A stretch of 64,000 nt of DNA from Betaproteobacteria bacterium (GTDB taxonomy: Bacteria > Pseudomonadota > Gammaproteobacteria > Burkholderiales > SG8-39). Shown here in pieces: positions 1 to 8,301 of the stretch (position 1 is its first letter; each line of letters opens with the position of its first letter). The position numbers and the translations under genes were made by a program. The DNA lies in NCBI GenBank assembly GCA_031391405.1, contig JANMUI010000779.1, positions 2,127 to 66,126 of the forward strand, given 5' to 3'. The notes beneath the pieces are model-generated. The model made no database searches. It saw only the letters and a list, made by a program, of their open reading frames with translations, and was not told the DNA's origin.

Positions 1-2211
1 TTTCAACCGCTAACCGCGCCCGGGTGGTGGGGGATGTTGACCGACGAGCGAACCTTGCTCGTCCTCTTCATGGCCGCCGGGAGTTTTCTGTTCTTCTATC
101 TGTATCTGGGCAAAGCCCTGCGTGACTTGGATCCGTCCCGCGCCGTTCCCGAGCGGGTTCGTTCGGCACTCGACACGCTGGCCGAAGGCCTACTGGTGAT
201 CGATCTCAACGGTCACATCGTTCTCGCCAACCAGTCATTTGCGGCCCTCGTCGGGCGCGCCGCCGACGCATTGCTGGGCCGTTCGGTAACGGACCTTGCG
301 TGGTCGCATCCCGACGGCACTGCGCTGCAGCCGGAAAGTCTTCCATGGGTATTGGCACTTGCGACCGGGGTTCCCCAGCGCAATTCGATGATCAAGCTGC
401 GCGACGGCGAGGACAAGCAGCGCTCGTTCCTCGTGAACTGCTCGCCTGTCCTGGGCAGCGGTGGCCGTCACGGCGGAGTCCTGATCAGCTTTGACGATGT
501 GACCCAGCTCGAACAGCAGGAAGTCGAACTGCGCGAGTCCAAGCGCGCCGCCGATGCCGCGAACCAGGCGAAGAGTGAGTTTCTCGCGAACATGAGCCAT
601 GAGATTCGCACCCCGATGAACGCGATCCTCGGGTTCACCGAATTGCTCCGTCGTGGTCACCATAAAAATGAGCAGGAGCTCCAGAAATACGTCAACACGA
701 TCCATTCAAGCGGAAAGCACCTGCTCGAGCTGATCAACGATGTTCTGGACCTGTCCAAAGTGGAATCCGGACGTTTGGAATTCGAGCGCATCCGGTGTGC
801 ACCCCAACAGATCGTGAGCGAGGTCGTCGAGGCGCTCAGCGCCAAGGCGATGGAGAAGGGAATTGCGCTCGCCTTCGTATGCGAGGGCTTGATCCCGCGA
901 ACCATTGAGACTGATCCGTCACGCCTGCGGCAGATCCTGACCAACCTGGTCGGCAACGCAATCAAGTTCACCGAGGCGGGCGGTGTCAAGATCGTCGCAC
1001 GGATGCTCCCGGGCGGCGACGAAACGTCTGCAGACCATGGGACCGAACGCGCACGTTTCGCCATCGACGTCGTCGACAACGGCATCGGGATTCCTGAGGA
1101 CAAATTCGCGTCTATTTTCGCGCCGTTCGTGCAAGCAGAGAACTCGATTACGCGCAGGTTCGGGGGGACCGGCCTGGGACTTACCATCAGCCGCCGTCTC
1201 GCGCGGGCGCTGGGGGGCGACATTGCCGTGCGTAGCCGGGTGGGCGAGGGAAGCACATTCACCTTGACTGTTGCGACCGGCCCATTGGAGGGCGTTGACC
1301 TGGTTCGCCCCGAGGAGATCACGAGGATCAACGATTCGACATCGGCGACGATCGCCAATCGCTGGCGCTTTCAACCAGCCTGCGTTCTCGTCGTCGACGA
1401 CGGAAACGAGAATCGCGAGCTCGTGCGGGTCGTCCTCGAAGACGCTGGTCTCTCAATCGAGGGCGCGGAGAACGGTCAGGTCGCCGTGGAAAAGGTCCTC
1501 ACCGGATCGTTCGACCTGGTCTTGATGGACGTTCAAATGCCGATCATGGATGGACTCACGGCGACACGCCTGCTGCGCGCGCGAGGACTGCAGATCCCGA
1601 TCATCGCGCTCACCGCAAATGCGATGAAGGGCTTTGAGCAGGAGTTGGCCGATGCCGGGTTCACCGCCTACCTCGCCAAGCCAATCGACTTAGACCTCCT
1701 GGTGCGGACGCTGACCAATTACCTTGGCGCAGAGGAGCTTCCGATCGATCAATCCGACTTCGCCTTCGTTGCCGAGTTCCCGCAGGCGATCAACGGCTCC
1801 AAGACGAGCGCGCCGGTTTCACGGGGCGAGCCCGTGCGGTCACGTTTGGCCGGGAACAGGCGCCTCAGGCCCGTGATAGTGCGATTCATCGACCGACTCG
1901 AAGAGCGCATGCGCGCCATCGAGGATGCGTGGAGCCGGAAGGACGTCCGGCAGGTGGGTGAAATTGCGCACTGGCTCAAGGGCGCAGCAGGTTCAGTGGG
2001 GTTCGATGCATTTACCGAGCCGGCGCAGCAGTTGATGGAACACGCGCGAAGTGGAAAAAGCGACGCCATTGAAGCGGCCCTATCGGTTCTCCAGTCGCTA
2101 GCGGCGCGAGTGGTCGGGCCAGACGACGTTCCACCAATCGCCGCAATTGAGGCCCTTGATGGTCGAGTGGCTGCGCGACATGCCCCTAGCCTTACAGACT
2201 CCTCGTATTAA
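1..2211 (+). CDS. Hybrid sensor histidine kinase (TM-PAS-HisKA-HATPase-REC-Hpt), probably 5'-truncated by the window edge
   Basis: The frame is open from base 1 with no upstream stop, and the first ATG is at 34. Translated bases 1-33 (FQPLTAPGWWG) still align with the paralogous module of the 6368..7933 protein. H-box SHEIRTPMN; HATPase boxes DNGIGI and GGTGLGL; REC (VLVVDD, DLVLMDVQMP, AKP); Hpt HWLKGAAGSVGF. Confidence 0.9.
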   Translation, partial: FQPLTAPGWWGMLTDERTLLVLFMAAGSFLFFYLYLGKALRDLDPSRAVPERVRSALDTLAEGLLVIDLNGHIVLANQSFAALVGRAADALLGRSVTDLAWSHPDGTALQPESLPWVLALATGVPQRNSMIKLRDGEDKQRSFLVNCSPVLGSGGRHGGVLISFDDVTQLEQQEVELRESKRAADAANQAKSEFLANMSHEIRTPMNAILGFTELLRRGHHKNEQELQKYVNTIHSSGKHLLELINDVLDLSKVESGRLEFERIRCAPQQIVSEVVEALSAKAMEKGIALAFVCEGLIPRTIETDPSRLRQILTNLVGNAIKFTEAGGVKIVARMLPGGDETSADHGTERARFAIDVVDNGIGIPEDKFASIFAPFVQAENSITRRFGGTGLGLTISRRLARALGGDIAVRSRVGEGSTFTLTVATGPLEGVDLVRPEEITRINDSTSATIANRWRFQPACVLVVDDGNENRELVRVVLEDAGLSIEGAENGQVAVEKVLTGSFDLVLMDVQMPIMDGLTATRLLRARGLQIPIIALTANAMKGFEQELADAGFTAYLAKPIDLDLLVRTLTNYLGAEELPIDQSDFAFVAEFPQAINGSKTSAPVSRGEPVRSRLAGNRRLRPVIVRFIDRLEERMRAIEDAWSRKDVRQVGEIAHWLKGAAGSVGFDAFTEPAQQLMEHARSGKSDAIEAALSVLQSLAARVVGPDDVPPIAAIEALDGRVAARHAPSLTDSSY

Positions 2212-2221
2212 AAGCCATTCT

Positions 2222-4039
2222 ATGACTGAGAGCACTACCATGAAGATGACACCTACGGTATCCACCGGAGCGGCGGCAGATGGGCAGCTTGTTGACCGGG
2301 AGGACTTGGTAACTCTCGCGAAGGCTACGGTCATGATGGTCGACGACGATCCGATCATGATCGATGCCGTGGAGGCCTTCCTCGGTGAGGCCGGATTTGA
2401 CGCGTTCATTTCCACGACCGATCCGGAGCAAGCGCTGGCAATGATTCGATCGAACAAGCCGGATGTGGTCTTGCTCGATCTGATGATGCCTATACTCTCC
2501 GGATTCGATATTTTGGAGCGCATGCGCGCGGACGCCGAGTTTCGGTACGTGCCGGTCATCGTATTGACATCGTCGAGCTTCTCGGAGACGAAGACGCGGG
2601 CGCTCGAATTGGGTGCGACGGATTATCTCGCGAAGCCCGTGGACCCAAGCGAGCTGATTCTGCGCCTACGCAATACACTCGCATTCAAGGCCTATCAGGA
2701 CCAGCTCGCCTACTACGATACGCTGACGGGATTGCCCAATCGGAAAATGTTTCTCGAGCGTCTAGATTCTGCGCTCAAGCGGGTCCATGGTTCAGGACGG
2801 TCGTGCGCATTGCTGAACTTCAATATCGACCGGTTTCGGCAGATCAACGATACCCTTGGCCATCGCACCGGCGACGAGCTGCTTCGCGCCGTGGCCCACC
2901 GACTCGAGGAGAGCTTGCGCGCTGGAGATGCCGTGGGCCGTCTTATCGAAGGCGAGTCCCGCGTAAGCATGTCGCGGGTCGGCGGAGACGAATTCTCCTG
3001 CCTGGTCGTTGAATTGAACCAAGCGCCGAACGCTGCAGCCATCGCCCGTCGAACGCTTGCCTTATTCACCGAGCCGTTCCTGATCAACGGTCACGAGCTG
3101 TTCGTGACGGGGAGCATCGGCATTGCGGTCTATCCCAACGACGGGGCAGCGAGCGATCTGTTGATGAAGAACGCCAACGCGGCGATGTCCAACGCGAAGC
3201 GGCAAGGTGGCAACCGATTTGTCTTCTACTCGAATGAAATGAATGCCCGTTCTCTGGAGCGGTTGACGCTCGAGAACCGGCTGCGCAATGCGCTCAGCCG
3301 TGGCGAGCTGATCCTCCACTACCAACCAAAGGTCGACGTCACGAGCGGGCGGATCGTTGGTGCAGAAGCACTCCTGCGTTGGCAGAGCCCGGAGCTTGGC
3401 ATGGTGTCGCCTGGAGTGTTCATTCCGCTCGCGGAAGAGACAGGCCTGATTCTGGCGATCGGGGAATGGGTTCTCTTTTCCGCTTGCCGGCAGAGCAAAG
3501 CACTTCAAGAAGCTGGACACGGGATTGTGCCGATTGCCGTCAATGTATCCAGCGTCCAGTTGCGCGGGAAAGAGTTGTTGGCTTCGATATCGACCGCTCT
3601 CGAGGAAACCCGCCTGGATCCCCGATCCCTGATCCTCGAGCTCACCGAGAGCATGTTGATGGACAACGCGAAAGGAGCAGTCGATGTCATGCGTGCGATC
3701 AAGGCGCTTGGCGTGCAGATCGCGCTCGATGATTTCGGCACAGGCTACTCGTCGCTCGCTTACCTGAAGCAGCTTCCGTTGGACGAGTTGAAGATCGATA
3801 AGTCCTTTATCGATACCGTGACGACCGATTCGCGCGACGCTGCCATCGTGTCGACAGTAGTCGCCTTGGCGCACGGCCTCGGTTTGAAAGCGACAGCGGA
3901 GGGCGTCGAAACCAAGGCTCAGCTTGCGATGCTCGGTCGCCTCAAATGTGACCAATACCAAGGATTCTTGTACAGCAAGGCAGTTCCGGCGGAACGCTTT
4001 GCCGAGATCGCCGCGCAGCAGCTCTGCACGACAGACTAG
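2222..4039 (+). CDS. Response regulator with GGDEF and EAL domains (REC-GGDEF-EAL)
   Basis: ATG at 2222, whereas the ORF opening at 2147 overlaps the upstream gene. REC (VMMVDDD, DVVLLDLMMP, AKP); GGDEF (RVGGDEFSCL); EAL-domain motifs EALLRW, ELTES, DDFGTGYSSL, KIDKSF, EGVET. Confidence 0.92.
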   Translation: MTESTTMKMTPTVSTGAAADGQLVDREDLVTLAKATVMMVDDDPIMIDAVEAFLGEAGFDAFISTTDPEQALAMIRSNKPDVVLLDLMMPILSGFDILERMRADAEFRYVPVIVLTSSSFSETKTRALELGATDYLAKPVDPSELILRLRNTLAFKAYQDQLAYYDTLTGLPNRKMFLERLDSALKRVHGSGRSCALLNFNIDRFRQINDTLGHRTGDELLRAVAHRLEESLRAGDAVGRLIEGESRVSMSRVGGDEFSCLVVELNQAPNAAAIARRTLALFTEPFLINGHELFVTGSIGIAVYPNDGAASDLLMKNANAAMSNAKRQGGNRFVFYSNEMNARSLERLTLENRLRNALSRGELILHYQPKVDVTSGRIVGAEALLRWQSPELGMVSPGVFIPLAEETGLILAIGEWVLFSACRQSKALQEAGHGIVPIAVNVSSVQLRGKELLASISTALEETRLDPRSLILELTESMLMDNAKGAVDVMRAIKALGVQIALDDFGTGYSSLAYLKQLPLDELKIDKSFIDTVTTDSRDAAIVSTVVALAHGLGLKATAEGVETKAQLAMLGRLKCDQYQGFLYSKAVPAERFAEIAAQQLCTTD

Positions 4040-4176
4040 CCTTGGAACCCGTTTCAAGATGTGGCTGTTTCGGTCACTCTGAAACGGCCCCTTCACGCTC
4101 AGCCGGCCCGTTTATCGACCCTAGAACCATGTTATCGACCAGCGGTGAGCTGACGGTGTTGCAGGCGAATCGGTAG

Positions 4177-6363
4177 CTATTTGGAAGTCACTTTGGGTCG
4201 AGGCGTCGTCGGCACGTCGCGCGACGACCACTTCTCCAATATCGTGGCCAAGGCTTTCTTGGTCATCGGTTTGCTCAGGAAATCATCCATGCCGGCACTG
4301 GTGCAGGCGTTTTGGTAGTCGGTGAATGCGTGTGCCGTCAAAGCGATGATTATCTGGCGATACCCGCTGCCTGCCTCATGCTTGCGTATCTCGCGCGTGG
4401 CCTCGAGCCCGTCCATCACCGGCATCTGACCATCCATGAGCACGAGGGCGAAGCGCCGCTGCCGGCATAGGGCAACCGCTTCTTCCCCGTTGCCGACTAC
4501 TGTGACACGCGCACCGAGCGATTCGAGCATCCCCGTGACGACCCGCGCATTCACGGTATTGTCCTCGGCGACCAACACGTCGATCGCGCCCTCTGCGCCC
4601 ACTGCGTCTTCCTGCCCGTCGACCGTAGCGGGAGCGGTGGGTCGCCTATCCGCAGTTGCATCGCTCTTAACCGCACCGCCTGACGTGGATTTCGCAGGCG
4701 CGGCGGTCGAACTGAGAACGCGCTGCGTCGAGACTATCGGGCGCTTGAGGGCATCTTTTCCAACCGGCGCTGCGTTGAACGATGCCTTCGTCCCGATCGG
4801 GAGCCGGACGGCAAACCAGAACGTCGAACCGCGGCCGAGTGCACTTTCCACGGCGAGCTCACCGTCGAAGAGGCTGACGATCCGGCTCGAGATGGCAAGC
4901 CCCAATCCCGTCCCGCTGTATGCACGGGTCATGCTGCCATCGGCTTGAGAGAACGCCTGAAAAATCTCGCGCTGCTTGTCCGCTGGGATGCCGATACCGG
5001 TATCGCGCACCGCGAACCGCAGCGCCGTCATCGAATCACTGCCGCCGGTGCGCGTGACCGAGATCGTAATCGAGCCGTGCTCGGTGAACTTAAGCGCGTT
5101 GCCGACAAGATTGATCAGCACCTGCCTGAGCCTGAGCGGATCATCTTTGACTACCGCGGGTACCTCGGGTCCCACTTGGGCGTTGAGCGCCAGACCGATC
5201 GCACGTGCGCCCTCGGTGAACATGTCGGTGATGCTATGAATAAGGTCTCGGACTGCGAACTCGACCGAGGCGAGCTCGATCCGGCCCGCTTCGATCTTCG
5301 AGAAATCCAGGATGTCATTGATGGCACCAAGCAGGGTCACGCCCGAGGAGTGGATCGTCTCGGCCAACTTGCGCTGGCGCTCCTCGAGGTCGGAGTCGAG
5401 CAGTAGCTCGGCCATGCCGAGCACGCCATTCATCGGGGTGCGGATCTCATGACTCATATTCGCCAGGAACTGCGACTTGAGCTTGTTCGCCGCTTCGGCT
5501 GTTTCCTTCGCGAGCTTGAGCTCCTGCGTGCGCTTCTCGACTTTGGTCTCGAGGTTCGATTGATAGGCAAGCACTTCGGTGCGCGATTCGCGCAGCCGCA
5601 CCGCCATTTGATTGAATGCCGCGGAGAGATCCTGCAACTCGTCGCGCGTCTTCAAGGTTACGATTGCGTCAAGATTGCCTTGGGCGATCGCGCGCGTCGC
5701 CTTGGCGAGCTGATCGATCGGCGCGACCAGCCGTCGCGTGAACCAGACGACGATCACGCTGCCGAGCAAGATCACGAGAAGCGCGCTGACCCCTACGACC
5801 GCGAGGAAGTTCAGGAACTGGTCGCGGATTCGCACCTCGCTTACCGCTACACGCACGTAGCCATCGATCACCAGGGGTGCTGCCATCGCCTCCCGCGCGG
5901 TGGGCGCAGCGTCGTTGGGGGCGCCCGCCTTGGGGCTTCTGACCGGCACGATAATTTCGTGATAGCGCACGCCGCTGGCAGTCACGCCGGCCATGGTCTG
6001 GTGCGAAACTGCACCGGTTGGCCAAGACTTTGGCGCTTGTTGGGACGAAAATCCCTCGCGGGGGCCCGACGCTGTTACTACTTGACCTACTGCGTTGTAA
6101 AGCGCTACGTAGATCACATCGGATTGCTGTGCCGCCGAGCGGACTATGAGGAGTGGCTCCGAGCGCGCCTCGCCCGACAGGTGCGGTCCGCTCAGTTGCG
6201 CCACCATGCGTGCGAGCTTGGTGGCCTGACCGATAAGTTGTGCTCGTCCTTCTTGGAGCTCCGTGTACACCGAGACGGTCCCAACGCCTAGTGCCGCCAG
6301 CAGCGACAGGGCGGCGAACAACAGTCGCAGCTTCAACTCTATGCGCATTGTGCGATTGGCCAT
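4177..6363 (-). CDS. HAMP-containing hybrid sensor histidine kinase with C-terminal REC
   Basis: ATG at 6363 ([11 protein letters not shown]) lies 4 nt after the stop of the upstream gene; extending to 6555 would overlap that gene. Architecture is TM, periplasmic region, TM, then HAMP ([18 protein letters not shown]). H-box [10 protein letters not shown]; HATPase DTGIGI and GTGLGL; REC ([19 protein letters not shown]). Confidence 0.9.
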   Translation of the reverse strand: MANRTMRIELKLRLLFAALSLLAALGVGTVSVYTELQEGRAQLIGQATKLARMVAQLSGPHLSGEARSEPLLIVRSAAQQSDVIYVALYNAVGQVVTASGPREGFSSQQAPKSWPTGAVSHQTMAGVTASGVRYHEIIVPVRSPKAGAPNDAAPTAREAMAAPLVIDGYVRVAVSEVRIRDQFLNFLAVVGVSALLVILLGSVIVVWFTRRLVAPIDQLAKATRAIAQGNLDAIVTLKTRDELQDLSAAFNQMAVRLRESRTEVLAYQSNLETKVEKRTQELKLAKETAEAANKLKSQFLANMSHEIRTPMNGVLGMAELLLDSDLEERQRKLAETIHSSGVTLLGAINDILDFSKIEAGRIELASVEFAVRDLIHSITDMFTEGARAIGLALNAQVGPEVPAVVKDDPLRLRQVLINLVGNALKFTEHGSITISVTRTGGSDSMTALRFAVRDTGIGIPADKQREIFQAFSQADGSMTRAYSGTGLGLAISSRIVSLFDGELAVESALGRGSTFWFAVRLPIGTKASFNAAPVGKDALKRPIVSTQRVLSSTAAPAKSTSGGAVKSDATADRRPTAPATVDGQEDAVGAEGAIDVLVAEDNTVNARVVTGMLESLGARVTVVGNGEEAVALCRQRRFALVLMDGQMPVMDGLEATREIRKHEAGSGYRQIIIALTAHAFTDYQNACTSAGMDDFLSKPMTKKALATILEKWSSRDVPTTPRPKVTSK

Positions 6364-6367
6364 GGCG

Positions 6368-7933
6368 TTACCCCGCACTCGATTCTGCGGCCGCGGTATC
6401 CGCGGCGGTCGCGTGCGTTTCTTGGTCCTGCTCGACCGATTCGCCAGCCCGGCAGACGCGATTGCGCCCCCCACGTTTGGCGCGGTACAGCGCCTGGTCA
6501 GCCGCCTCGATGGCCTGAACAACGCCGGTCGTGTCATCAAGCGTTGCCACACCAAGGCTGGCCGTAACGTGGAATCCAGGTATTTCCCGAATGGCGGGCC
6601 CGCACTGCTCGTCGATCGCTCGCCTTATCCGCTCGGCGACGATGGCTGCCTGCGCGAGGTCGGCGTTCGGCAAGCCGACGCAGAACTCTTCACCCCCATA
6701 GCGGCAGATCACGTCTTTGGTGCGCGATGCCGTCACGAGCTTCTTCGCGACTTCCTGAATTACACGATCACCTGTCGCGTGCCCGTACGTGTCATTGACC
6801 GATTTGAAGCGGTCGATGTCGAGGATCAAGAAGCTGAGCGGCGTCCCGCCTCGCCTCGACTCCACCAGCGCCGCCTCCATCTGCTCGAAGAATGCGCGCC
6901 GGTTGAGACATCCGGTGAGAGAGTCGCGGGTCGCCAGGCGCTCAAGCGCCTCGTTCTTCTGTGCGATCTCGTCGCGCGAAATGGCAAGCTCGACCAGCGT
7001 TTCGCGCAGCCGCTCGTTCGAGCGGTGCAGCTCGGTGACATCGTTCATGGTCACCATGCAACCTCGCACGGAGCCGCCGGGATCTCCAATCGGCGCGCAA
7101 TTGATGATGAGTTTCCTGCTGATACCGGAATCCGTTGCGATCTCGATCTCGTGCCCCATCGTCGGCACTTGTTCGATCATCGTTTGTACCCAAGGATGGC
7201 GGTGTGAATCGTCGGGCAGGTATTCGGCCAACCAGTGGAGCGTCGAGAGGCGCTTGCCGGTCAGATCGAGGCCGTCATTACCGTGCAAGGCGCGAAACGC
7301 ATTGTTCGCAAGTAGGATGCGCCCCCGCGAGTCGAGCAGTACCACCGCCTCGGCCATGACGTCGTAGGCAAGGCGCACGCGCTCCGGAATGACTGCGGAA
7401 GGATCCAGTCGAAGCAACGCGCGCCGCATGTAGAGCCAATAGACGAGTATGCCTCCCAGCGAAACGAACAAGATCGTGATCCAGAGCGGCTCGGTCAGCG
7501 CGCGGCGGAACGCGTTCCGCGGGTCCGGAACGTAGGTCATCTCGAACGTGCCCCAGCGATCCGTTCCGAACGTAAGGGGCACGACCACGTGGGTCAAGGT
7601 GGAGCGGTCATTGCGCGTTTCTGACCAGGCATCCTCATGGTCTCCAGCCTGGGCCACCAACGTCTGATCGGCGCGACGCACCGCAATGGAGCGCACTTCG
7701 TTGCTGCGCTGCCGCAGCGCCTCCAGGGATTGCTCCAGTGCGAGACGGTCGCCGAATTGCATCAGCGTGGCCACTTGCACGGCCATGCCCTCGCTCACCG
7801 ACTTCCGCACCTTCATCATCTGCGATGTGCGGTCGGGCAATACATTGAAGACGGTATCGGCGATGACGATCAGGAAGTTGGTCAGGAAGACCAATCCCAA
7901 GGTGATCTGCAGGGTGGGGCCGATGCGTCTCAC
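6368..7933 (-). CDS. Membrane-bound PAS-GGDEF diguanylate cyclase
   Basis: GTG start at 7933 overlaps the stop of the upstream small ORF (GTGA). Two TM segments flank a ~120-aa periplasmic region, followed by a PAS-like segment. GGEEF is at 6683..6697, with an RxxD I-site (RTKD) five residues upstream. Confidence 0.9.
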   Translation of the reverse strand: MRRIGPTLQITLGLVFLTNFLIVIADTVFNVLPDRTSQMMKVRKSVSEGMAVQVATLMQFGDRLALEQSLEALRQRSNEVRSIAVRRADQTLVAQAGDHEDAWSETRNDRSTLTHVVVPLTFGTDRWGTFEMTYVPDPRNAFRRALTEPLWITILFVSLGGILVYWLYMRRALLRLDPSAVIPERVRLAYDVMAEAVVLLDSRGRILLANNAFRALHGNDGLDLTGKRLSTLHWLAEYLPDDSHRHPWVQTMIEQVPTMGHEIEIATDSGISRKLIINCAPIGDPGGSVRGCMVTMNDVTELHRSNERLRETLVELAISRDEIAQKNEALERLATRDSLTGCLNRRAFFEQMEAALVESRRGGTPLSFLILDIDRFKSVNDTYGHATGDRVIQEVAKKLVTASRTKDVICRYGGEEFCVGLPNADLAQAAIVAERIRRAIDEQCGPAIREIPGFHVTASLGVATLDDTTGVVQAIEAADQALYRAKRGGRNRVCRAGESVEQDQETHATAADTAAAESSAG

Positions 7934-8301
7934 GCTCGACTCACGGGCCTGTGAATGTCCGCAGCGCGTTCATCGAGCACCATGGCGGCGGCCTGCTCCT
8001 CCAACTCGGCCTGATCGCCGTGCGAGGCATTCGGGATGCGCGCTGGGGGTGGCTCGTCCTCCTCTTCGCGCTCCACGATCGCCAGCAAGTCCACATGCCG
8101 CCAGATCGGCAGGCCCATCACCAGCAGCGAGGTCCAGCCGCTCGAGCGCACCAACCACAACAGCGCACCTGCGACCAGCACTGAGCTGGCCAACCATAGC
8201 GGGTCATTTGTCAATCCTTCGCGCTCGCTCGAATGATTGTGTCGCCAATGGACTCCGACGGTTTGCGCCACCAGGGGCCGCGGCCAGCGGATCGTTGCCA
8301 T
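7930..8301 (-). CDS. Small membrane protein with acidic C-terminal tail (hypothetical)
   Basis: ATG at 8301 overlaps the 3' end of the giant gene by 98 nt; an in-frame TTG at 8214 is an alternative start. Hydrophobic stretch LWLASSVLVAGALLWLV...WTSLLVMGLPIW is followed by EREEEDEPPP...AELEEQ. The stop overlaps the GTG start of the cyclase gene. I see no recognisable family. Confidence 0.5.
   Translation of the reverse strand: MATIRWPRPLVAQTVGVHWRHNHSSEREGLTNDPLWLASSVLVAGALLWLVRSSGWTSLLVMGLPIWRHVDLLAIVEREEEDEPPPARIPNASHGDQAELEEQAAAMVLDERAADIHRPVSRA

Noticed and set aside
6364-6555. Upstream extension of the HAMP hybrid kinase ORF (start at 6555).
   Set aside because: The extension overlaps the 3' end of the cyclase gene and is Arg/Pro-rich. 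An ATG at 6363 sits 4 nt after the upstream stop and precedes a proper N-terminal TM segment.
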